This document shows, piece after piece, positions 1 through 9,209 of a stretch of 64,000 nucleotides of DNA. A program made the position numbers and the translations under genes. The stretch is from Lingula anatina. Its lineage: Eukaryota > Animalia > Brachiopoda. The notes beneath the pieces were generated by a model. The model ran no database searches. It had not been told where the DNA came from and saw only the letters and a program-made list of their open reading frames with translations. The stretch is taken from contig CM120648.1 of the NCBI GenBank assembly GCA_051362555.1, forward strand, positions 17,046,587 through 17,110,586, given 5' to 3'. Numbering within the stretch: position 1 is the first letter of the stretch; each line of letters starts with the position of its first letter.

Positions 1-3000
1 TCATGGTGTAGGGATAAAATTTCATTTTTTAAACTAGCTGGAATTACTAGTTTCTGGTCATCTGCTTTGATGTTCTTTTTGTAAATAACGCCATGTGAAA
101 GAATGAAAAATTCTTTGTTAAGCCAGTAACACTTTGCAACAGGACTGCTTGCGAAGAGTTCTCCCTTTTCAGGACTTTTACCTGTTAGCAACCATTGTCG
201 GAGATGACCTAAATCAGGGTCTTTTTCTTGTTCTTCTTTTAAGGTATCAACAGAATAACCCCAACATTGTAATGATGAATTTTGACTGGAGTCTTGAATG
301 GGGGCAATAGATGTTAATTTGACCTCCCCTGTTGAACTTAAAATTTGTATAGAAGGCCCATGAGTTTGGTTGTGGCATTCATCCCAGTTGCTAATAAGAT
401 TGAGTACGAGCTGTGAAATACAGTCAATTTGGGGACTTTGTCTTTCTGGGAAATTCAGACTGTCACTACCATGTGAAGCATGACTCACCACATTTACGTC
501 AGAAGCAAGGTTAATTGCGTCATCCACGTTTTCAAAGAATTCTCCCCAATTTTTGTGGGCACGTTCACAAAACTTGCAACCGCCACAAGGGAGATCTTTG
601 GGTTTTAGGCCGGCAATATAATTAGAACAGGGAGCTAACCGATCTGGTTTTCTAGAAAGGGTGTCGGCATTAGTATGTTTTTTACCAGACCGGTGGGTAA
701 TGATCATGTGGTATTGAGATAACTCCTCAATCCACCTGGCTAGCTGCCCCTGTGGATCTTTGAAACGCAATAACCAAGTCAGGCTGGAATGATCTGTTCT
801 GACAGTAAACACTCTTCCCAAAAGATAGTATTTAAATTGGCGAGTAAACCTCACAATACTCAGTAGTTCTTTTCGGGTAGTGCAGTATTTTCTTTGCTCA
901 GGGGTCAGGACATAGCTACCATAGGCAATAACTCTTTCCCGACCATTCTGGACTTGGATTAATTCTGCACCAATTGCAACATCTGAAGCATCAGTATCCA
1001 AAATGAATGGATCTGTATCATTAGGCAAAGCTAACACAGGTGGTTCAGCTAAAGCCCTTTTTAATGCAACAAATGCTCCCTCACAGTCTGAGTCCCAGAT
1101 AAAAGGTTTGTTCCCGGTCAGTTGATACAAAGGCTGAGAGATTTCTCCAAAATTTTTGATAAAAGTGCGATGATAATTTACTAAACCCATAAACCTTTCT
1201 ACTTCTTTTGAATTTTTGGGCTTTGGCCATGACTGGACTGTTTCTATATCTTTTAAATTCATTTTCAATTCACTGTTAGAGACCACCCTCCCTAGGAATT
1301 CTACTTCTTTCTGAAAAAATAAGCACTTTCTTGCCTTTAGCTTTATCCCGTATTTTCGAAATCTCTCTAAAGCCTCTGTCAGATTAGTGACGTGATCAGC
1401 AAAAGACTTTCCCATGACCAGAATGTCATCCAGGAATGCCAGAACTGTCTTCCAAGTGAGACCCCTCATTAACAGATTGACAACCCTGGAAAATGTTGCA
1501 GGGGCATTTGTGAGCCCAAACCCCATTTTACAATGTTCAAACAGGCCATATTTTGTCACGAAAGCAGTTTTCTTTTGGTCTTCTTTTTTGATTTTAACCT
1601 GCCAATAAGCAGAGTTGGCATCAATTTTGGAGAACCAATTATTTCCTGCCAAAGTATCGAGACAATCTTCCATAAGGGGAAGAGGGAATGTGTCTTTCAC
1701 TGTCACATTGTTTAGTGCACGATAATCGATACACCACCGTACACTACCGTCACGTTTTCTGATCAAAACAGGAGCTGACGCCCAATCAGATGTAGATTCT
1801 TGAATAACACCAGCCTTTAACATTTTATTTAGGTGTTCTTCTTCTTCATTAACAAAACAGGCTGGTGTGCGGCGCATGCGTTGTTTGATGGGCCTTGCAT
1901 CGCCTGTATCAATTTCATGTTCAATTTCTGTAAAATTGCCAAGATCATAATCATGCTTTGCAAAAACATCTTGGTATTCTTGTAAAATTTGAAATAAAAT
2001 TTGTTTTTGATCTTGGGACATGAAATTTTTAGAATTTTGAAAAACGGGTTTGACATGTTCGGGTAGATTTTGAAGAAATTGAGAATCATTGTTTACATCT
2101 GAAGGGGTCGACTCAGATTGAATCACATTGACCATTGGGAACAAGTTTGAATTGGGGGGTTTCGGTGTACACGGCCTACAGGAATGACTCCTTGATGTAT
2201 GTGACTTATACCCATACATTTGGCGTGTAACCTTCTTAATAGGGCGTTGATTAGGAACGTCATGTTTCCTAAGGGTGTCTGAATCAAGGGCAGATTGTTT
2301 GACCAAAGTCTCATCACTGGGATCCATCGGGAGAGTCATTTGACCAAATATCTGACTCCAATTTTTGTCATGATCGGGTAATTGAGTCGGGATGGCACTT
2401 TCATCAGGAAATCCAATCCATGTTTTAGGAGTAGTGCTACTATGATTACACTTACCCCCAAGATCAAATTTTCCTTCATAAAAGCACGCATCACAGGCCG
2501 GGTTGGTAGTATTTTCAGAAACAGAACCTTGGGGTACTTGGTACAAAATTTGATCAAATTCCACTGCTCTAGCTATAATTTGTCCCTTTTTGAATTTTCT
2601 AAAAGAGTCAGTGGGATTGACAATGCACACCACCGGGTTAGAACAGGCAGTCTGAATACTACGAGGGATTAACACAGTCTCCTCCGTCGATTCAATGTAA
2701 TATTTTTCTACAGGTTCACTAATATTACAAGTGACCCGAGACACTGATCTAGGAGGGACCGTGATACCCCTACTCAGACTTACCCGAGCAATGGTGGGAT
2801 CATTGCCGGTTGTTTGAGTTTGAATAGGGACTTTTTGGTTGTTAATAATCAAAGCTTGATCTTTTAAATCAAGTACTGCCCCAAGAAATTGTAAGATATC
2901 ATGACCCAGTAGCATTTGATCTTGAATGGGTGCCACATACAAATTTTCTTTAAAATGAACAGGTCCTATTTCCATGTAAACTGGTGACACCACAAAGCCG

Positions 3001-3701
3001 GAAATTTTTGATTTTTCACTGGCCAGCTGCATTTGGCAATCGCCAAGTTTTTTGGGAGGATTGGGTAATTGCTGATAAATTTTGGATGATAAAACAGAAG
3101 CTTCTGCGCCAGTGTCAATTTTTGCTTTAACTTTAATATTTCCGACTTTCATTGTGACAAAAGATGAAACTATGCTTAATTGGGTCACGCTTGGTTCTGT
3201 TCTGAGAGATGACATTATAGTCTGCGATCTTAGTTCAGTGGTGTCAACTCCCCCTTTTGAATAACTCTCAGCACCCTCTTCCGGTACATAGTATCTTCGG
3301 CCTTTGCCCCTAGAGCAAAAAGGTCGTCCCCGTCCCCTCCTTCCACCGGCACCAGCTTTGTCAGTCAATTCCATTCCCTCACTTCCCCGACCAGCAGGTT
3401 GGTAAGAGATACAAAAATTGACATTTGACTTGCCAGCATCAGCAGAATTTGGAGCATATGATGGGACACCCCCAACAGAACAACCCATAGCTGACGTAAC
3501 CAGCCTGGAATCGCTTATTGGATTACTCTCAGGACTAGCTTCAACATACTGAGTACCAGTTTGAAGGACATCTGAGATCAAGGGATCATTGTCCTCACCA
3601 TTACTTTCCCAAGATAACGCCTCAGGTTGTAGTACTGACCGACTGAAATGAACAGGGTTCCCAAGGATGCGGTCGCTTACCTTGGCCCCAGTCAGTTTAA
3701 A
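1..3701 (-). CDS. pol: Pol polyprotein (aspartic protease, reverse transcriptase, RNase H, start of integrase); partial, ~1230 codons, -1 frame relative to gag
   Basis: Manual translation with codons starting at positions = 2 mod 3: KIDTGAEAS (protease D at 3116-3114), AFLDDILV (RT, FLDD at 1436-1425), FILDTDASDVAIGAEL (RNase H, ~1000), RTDHSSL and HTNADTLSR, then LVIPASLKNEILSLHHD (start of integrase Zn-binding region, ~50-1). All motifs are in one frame. The ORF track has no stop-terminated ORF in this frame, consistent with an open frame running off the edge. Confidence 0.93.
3630..3701 (-). promoter_or_regulatory. Predicted -1 programmed ribosomal frameshift signal (slippery heptamer U_UUA_AAC plus downstream stem/pseudoknot)
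   Basis: Minus strand reads TCT TTA AAC TGA, with TTTAAAC at 3701-3695 directly before the gag stop; the -1 frame is the open pol frame. Downstream CCAAGG/CCTTGG stem; loop GACCG is complementary to downstream CGGTC. Confidence 0.8.
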
Positions 3702-6145
3702 GAATTTCCAGAATTGCCTTTTTGACTCATTTGTCTGGATCTATTTTGGTTTTGGCGAAAATTTGTATTTTGTGACTGTGGATTTCTCCCAACTTGTGAA
3801 TTTTGAAAAAATTGGCCTTGGGTATTTTGATTTTGAGGAAATCGAGGTTGGGAGAATCGAGGTTGGGAGAATTGATTTTGTGGAAATTGATTTTGAGAAA
3901 ACTGATTTTGAGAAAATTGATTTCTAGGGGCTTGATTTTGAAAAAATGGTCTATTTTGATTTTGTTGAAATGGCTGCCGAAAAGCTCTTGTTGGTGGCTG
4001 TTGTTGAGGAACTTGAGGAATTTGGCGCTGAACATAGGATTTTTGTCTTACCCACTGTTGGTATTGGGGACAGTCTTTTTTGAAATGAACACTGCTGTTA
4101 CAAAAATAGCACCGAAAATCCTGGGTAAGATGTTTTTCTATCAGTTGCTCAACAATGGTTTCTAATTCAGACATGGAATTAATTTGGAGCGAAGAAAGTT
4201 GGGGTTTGGCCAACAAGCTTGGGGTATTGTCGGGAGGATTCTCAGTCAAGTTTAATCCAACTGGATTAACTGAGATTTCTTCCTTGGGCTTTTTGTTTTT
4301 TCTTTTATAATCCAGAGAGTCTTTGGACACATGTTGGAAATAACTGACTTTGTTCATAGCATCCTCTAAGGTGTTAGGTTGAGACAGTCGCGCATATTTA
4401 CCCGCCTCCTGATCAATACAACCCTGGCAGAATTTGGTGATACATTCTTTAAGAGTGAAAGATTCAGGGAGATCTGGGTACGCGTCTGTGGCCAGTAACA
4501 ACACCCGACATGCCCACTCATTTAAAGTCTCAGTTGGTAGTTGGGCGGCCTGATGAAACTCAGCACGGGAAGTTTCTGGGATATATTCCTTTCGAAACAC
4601 AATGTCAAGTTTATTCATCAGGGCAGGGAAGGTGATAAGGGGATTGGAGCGGGTCAATTTCGTAAAGAAACTGAGGGCTTTCCCTTTTAAACTCCAATGC
4701 AGGAAATCTTTGCACTGACTATCCGTCCATCCATTTACTTCCCTGTAGCTTTGAAACATGCACCTAAAGTCCTCCCAATCCTCTTTACCATTGAAGGAGA
4801 GATTCTTAGGAAGATCAATAGGATTCCCCCTATCTTGTTGAATGACATGGGGGGCTGTAACATGAGCTTTGGGAAAGACAGAGGATTTCACTGACCTTGG
4901 ATAACACTGCATATTTTGAGATAATTCTTCTTCCCTAGGCAAATTTGATGGTTTAATTTTGATTGCCTTTTGGGGCTCTAAAAAATTTAGAGTTGAAAGA
5001 GGTGGGAGAGAACTCTCAACAGGATTTTCTTCAGTCAGTGTTGCTGGGCCCAATTGTTTTGAGAATCCAGTTTTAGCGGGTTGGGGAACACTGAACATTT
5101 CACTTGGAAAGGGAATTGTACCCCTACCAAGCTCAGCATCCGGTGGATTGAATTGGTTTGTTTTTGAAATTTTATTGGGGTTTATACCAAAATTTTGAGG
5201 AATACCAAGTTCCGGAATAAGCGTGTCACCTACTCCATTATTGGCGCCTGGTATTTGTAATGAATGGGTTTTAGGGACATTGGGCAATTGGGACAAATTG
5301 GGGCCTGGATTTCTCAAATGTGGTAGCGAATCATCAAGATCAGGGTTTGAAAACTGTGGCTTAGGATCTGCTATAGTAGGGGGATTGATAGGTGTTATAT
5401 ATCCCTGAGGATTAAACAAAGCATGATCCGGAACTCTGTTCTGGGCAGTAGTTGATGTTTTGTTTTCACCCAAAATGTTCGCTGTACCAACAAAATTGGG
5501 TTGATTCCCACCACCATGAGGTGGGGGAATATTGGAGCAAATGTCAATAGGCAAAGAAAAACGTCTAGTAATGTCGTCTAGTTCCCTATCAAATTCCTGA
5601 TAGTCTTGCATAAGTGGCCTACCTGGTTCAAATGCTGACTTAGGTGGAACTTTTAATTTAGGTGGCTCACTTTGATTTTTAAATTTTTGAATTTTTTCTT
5701 TGAGAATTGAAAAATTGAGCATTTTTTGTTTTTCTAATTGCTCGTTTTGGTATAAAAGTTGTTCTATTTCAGAACGTTGCTCATGGCTTACAGCATCAGG
5801 AATAGATAGGTCAATAGACGTTGATAGCTGCGTCGGCTCTTCGGTAACAGGATTAAGCATCTTTGTTGGACGAGATTGGGAAGAGTTTTCTTTTCTTTCT
5901 TTGGGTCTGGCCCCCCCAAAAGATTTAGATGGTCTGAAATTATTTTGGAAATGAAAATAGGGGAACACTTTAGATGAAAGATTGGACCCTAATTTTTGTA
6001 GAAGAAAATTCTCATCCAAACAGATACCCTGTTCTCTGAAATCTAAAAGAGCTTCTGCACGCTTCTGACCTATGCCAGGTACTCTCATTAAATCATTTAT
6101 GGTAGCATTTGTGAGATCTACCATAAATTCTTTTGCCATTGCCAT
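3692..6145 (-). CDS. gag: Gag polyprotein (817 aa from first ATG): N-terminal HhH motif, Pro-rich linker, capsid-like region, CCHC zinc knuckle, Q/N-rich tail
   Basis: ORF track 3692..6157 starts at TTG; the first ATG is at 6145. Capsid-like segment FNGKEDWEDF...NGW...SLKGKAL...Q-LPTETLNEWA...KFCQG. Knuckle CYFCNSSVHFKKDC at 4070-4111. Confidence 0.93.
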   Translation of the reverse strand: MAMAKEFMVDLTNATINDLMRVPGIGQKRAEALLDFREQGICLDENFLLQKLGSNLSSKVFPYFHFQNNFRPSKSFGGARPKERKENSSQSRPTKMLNPVTEEPTQLSTSIDLSIPDAVSHEQRSEIEQLLYQNEQLEKQKMLNFSILKEKIQKFKNQSEPPKLKVPPKSAFEPGRPLMQDYQEFDRELDDITRRFSLPIDICSNIPPPHGGGNQPNFVGTANILGENKTSTTAQNRVPDHALFNPQGYITPINPPTIADPKPQFSNPDLDDSLPHLRNPGPNLSQLPNVPKTHSLQIPGANNGVGDTLIPELGIPQNFGINPNKISKTNQFNPPDAELGRGTIPFPSEMFSVPQPAKTGFSKQLGPATLTEENPVESSLPPLSTLNFLEPQKAIKIKPSNLPREEELSQNMQCYPRSVKSSVFPKAHVTAPHVIQQDRGNPIDLPKNLSFNGKEDWEDFRCMFQSYREVNGWTDSQCKDFLHWSLKGKALSFFTKLTRSNPLITFPALMNKLDIVFRKEYIPETSRAEFHQAAQLPTETLNEWACRVLLLATDAYPDLPESFTLKECITKFCQGCIDQEAGKYARLSQPNTLEDAMNKVSYFQHVSKDSLDYKRKNKKPKEEISVNPVGLNLTENPPDNTPSLLAKPQLSSLQINSMSELETIVEQLIEKHLTQDFRCYFCNSSVHFKKDCPQYQQWVRQKSYVQRQIPQVPQQQPPTRAFRQPFQQNQNRPFFQNQAPRNQFSQNQFSQNQFPQNQFSQPRFSQPRFPQNQNTQGQFFQNSQVGRNPQSQNTNFRQNQNRSRQMSQKGNSGNSLN

Positions 6146-6943
6146 AATTAATAACAAAAGATCACACTAATCCAGCTATTTTCTGTAAAAGAGGCACTTT
6201 TTGTCCACAATTAGTGTGAGAATTAATAAGAAGACCTGTCTTCTAGTGATCCGGAAATTTCAGTTTCACCGAGAAGGTCAGGAAAAGGGTCAAAAATAGG
6301 GCTGAGGGGTACTTTTGTAAAAGACAAGGGAACGGGCAATGTAAATATATACTGCTGTCTGTTCTTGGGCTAAATGTAGCCGGAAATATAATAAATGAAG
6401 TCAAAGGTTCACTTTTGACCTTAAAAATTTGTAAAAAATTGAAAATAAATGTAAACCCAAAAATACCTTCCCTCAAAAATTTAATTCAAAATTCCCGAAA
6501 AACTTAACCCTAAACAAAGAAATAAGAAACAATACCCTGAATAAATCTCCAAATATGGTAATTTTTTAAGATAAATTTAGTAAAAATAAACCCTTACCTT
6601 TAAGAAACAGATATAAGCAGTATATATGGGGGATCACTACCAATTAGTCTGGGGGTCCTCACGTTATCCCCAAGAATAAGTAAGATTACTTTATAATCAA
6701 ATTTAGATATAAGAATTTCCTTTTAATCTTTAAATTTAGTAACCAAAATCATTACTTTCATATACCGCCTAGTGGACGTACAAGGGTATGCTGGACAATA
6801 AAAAGTATTGCCACCCCTGCACACGGATCGTGGAGTTAAATAAACTTTCACTCCCCCCACCTATCCAATATGGCGGCAGACAAAGGAATTTAAAAATTTC
6901 TCACACCAAAAATTGATCAAAGAACAGGAAACGGACTCGGTTT

Positions 6944-6955
6944 TCCTTGTCGCCA
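6944..6955 (-). promoter_or_regulatory. Primer-binding site, probably tRNA-Ser(GCU)
   Basis: Minus strand ...TTCA-TT-TGGCGACAAGGA: TGG lies 2 nt after the LTR CA end, with an 11/12 match to the complement of the metazoan tRNA-Ser(GCU) 3' end (TGGCGACGAGGA, recalled). Confidence 0.7.
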
Positions 6956-6957
6956 AA

Positions 6958-7619
6958 TGAAGTGAACCCGAGTGGCTAAACTCACTTATTCTCGTGATAA
7001 CTACAGTCTAAATGATAGTGATACACAAAGGCGGCTGACACACCCTGATCAGGGGCATGAACAACTTACCTTTAAATTTCCACTGTCTGGACTCCTATGC
7101 AAACTTCAAAAATCTCCTAGTCTGTCACTACAATCTGTACCAATTGGATCTGTCTAGTAGGAAGAACTTAGGAATATTTGCTTAGTGAAGAATATATACA
7201 AAGGAGGTGCTGATCCTACGGAGGTGTCTCTCTAGCGAGGTCGCTCAGTGGAATGGTTGAGTGAAGATAGCTCTCAAATTTTCCGCTGTCTATCTCATAC
7301 TGCTAGGTGGCGCAACATCATATTAATAGATGGCGCTTTATTCAATACAAGCCACAACCGTAATCACAACAATACATTCTGTCAGAATCAATTAATGCCA
7401 ATTTTTCCTAATGTCAATTTTTCCACATTGTTAAAACTATCACATTGCTCAGCCCAATATCTGATCCAGTCACGTAGTTATGTTGGGCATCATTTAGGCC
7501 TACCAGTAGGTCTAAACAGGCATATTGCTTTGTAGTGAAAAAAATGGTTAAAACAAAGAAAGAAAGATTTTCTTTACAAAACATTGTCAGCTGATCAAAT
7601 ATGGGTCACCTTTCCTTCA
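6958..7619 (-). repeat. 5' LTR (~660 bp, inferred)
   Basis: The inner end is fixed by the PBS. The outer end is inferred from the terminal inverted motif TGAAG...GTGACCC / GGGTTCACTTCA. TATATA on the minus strand at ~7192-7198. The second LTR is outside the window, so the boundary and TSD are unconfirmed. Confidence 0.6.
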
Positions 7620-7797
7620 TTTTGACTCCGCTCTCGACCTGGAACCGCAGATTCTCACTTTAGTTTACGTTGAACGTGGGACTTAATATCAATATCGGAA
7701 ATGCATTCACATCTTCTGTCGTCGCTCATCAGTCACACCTAGCACACTTTAGATGTCCAGCATAACGATATGGCACTCCTGGTGACAGGAACTGGAA

Positions 7798-9209
7798 CCG
7801 GGGTAACATTAGGCTAATCCAAGTCCCCCAGGACTAACATTACTTGGGAATAATAGTCCTACAGGGACTTAGGTTCCTGGCTCATAATTATAGTAAGTAG
7901 GACTTGTATTACTGTCGGACTTTTATTCCTGTTACACCTATGGCAGTAATAAAAGTCTGGCCATTTGAAAGCCCTATCCTTAGCCAATAATACTGTTAAA
8001 TGATAAAACTATAAATGTATATGAAATCCTTCTGGTGAGCCATATATCAGACAAAAAATGAGAGGTTTGCAACTTCAGCTCGAGGTTAGCGTGCAAGACC
8101 ATAAGGTAAGAATCTATGAACCGTTCTGTTGCATCTATGGGTTCGAGACCTACCTTTGACATGACCTTACCCCCCCCCCCCCATCCGCCACTCTTCCCAC
8201 TATTTATTACTTGTAGCAAAATGTTTAATGGTGTTTTTAATGTCTAATATTTGTTCGAAATTCCGTGCTCATTACATGTACAACTTTTTTGTTTTGTCTT
8301 TTAAGTGTCAAAGCACCAAAATAGCAAAGGGCTATTACAGAACATTATATACATATATTGCATTTTTCAATTTCTAAACTGTCTTGATTTGTCTTAAATC
8401 TCAGCCCATACTTTCCAAGAGCAAATTTCCGTCGAGTTTGAGGTTATTTTTTCATATCAGTGAGTGTAAACCGAAAAATAAATCTAAGAACGGAGATCCC
8501 GCGTTTTGTGTAAAGTGATTTTTCTCTTAGGAATAAAGTTTTGAAAGAGAGAGAGAGGGAGAGAAAATAAGAATTTCGACGCAAAACACAAAAGGTTCAC
8601 CCCAGTAGAAAAGGACATTAAATAATATACACTGTACATATACCTCAAAGGATGAAAATAAGGGATGTCTTTGGATGGTGCCTTATTTTGTTTAAAAAAA
8701 TATTTGGCAAACCAGGCTCATACATATTGTGCACTGAGGGAGGAGTACGCCACAAATATGCGTTAACACGTCAAAATTTGCGTTTACTATATAAAAAATA
8801 CACATAAAATAAATAAATTGCTTTTGTTTCTTCATTAATATGCATATAAACTGCCTATCTGAAAACATTGTAAAATATAAAGATAAAATGTCATATAAAT
8901 AGAATAAAACAATATTATATCTTTAAAAAACTAGTATGTCTCTATATCTATTTAATCATGTCATTTCTTGGTGTAAACTTTATAGGACATGCGTTACTAA
9001 AATGTCAGGAACGCACGTCCCATTAGGACGTGCATTACTACACGTAGGACTTACATTACTTGGGAGCCTTTGTCCTACGGATATTGAATCCTAGTAACGT
9101 ATGCCCTAGGACTTTCATTCCTAGCAATGCATGCCCTAGGACTTGCATTCCCAGGACTTAGTGTCCGGGCAGACTTGCGTTACTAGGACGTGTACTCCTG
9201 CCACACCGG
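7798..9209. mobile_element. Degenerate non-autonomous DNA transposon-like element with subterminal repeat clusters
   Basis: CCGGGGTAACA at 7798 and ...CTGCCACACCGG at 9209. Many AGGAC(T/G)...ATTAC/ATTCC repeats at 7830-7940 and 8980-9200; TAGGACTT.CATTACTTGGGA is shared by both clusters. No TSD found. Confidence 0.45.

Larger units (their letters stand above)
1..7619 (-). mobile_element. Ty3/Gypsy LTR retrotransposon, 5' portion (LTR-PBS-gag-pol), truncated by the window edge
   Basis: Gag with CCHC knuckle, then PR-RT-RNase H-IN domain order (Gypsy order), PBS adjacent to a ...CA LTR end, and no disabling stops seen. Confidence 0.95.

Noticed and set aside
1414-5954. Many short ORFs overlapping gag and pol, on the plus strand or in alternative frames
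   Set aside because: These are shadow ORFs of the retrotransposon coding region with no recognisable motifs.
5948-6121. Bacterial comEA gene or contamination
   Set aside because: The HhH motif is in frame with Gag inside an LTR element, with no signal peptide, operon or bacterial context.
6243-6476. 77-aa hydrophobic ORF in the retrotransposon leader (possible extra or env-like ORF)
   Set aside because: Non-ATG start, explained by the T-rich leader composition, and located within the predicted intron.
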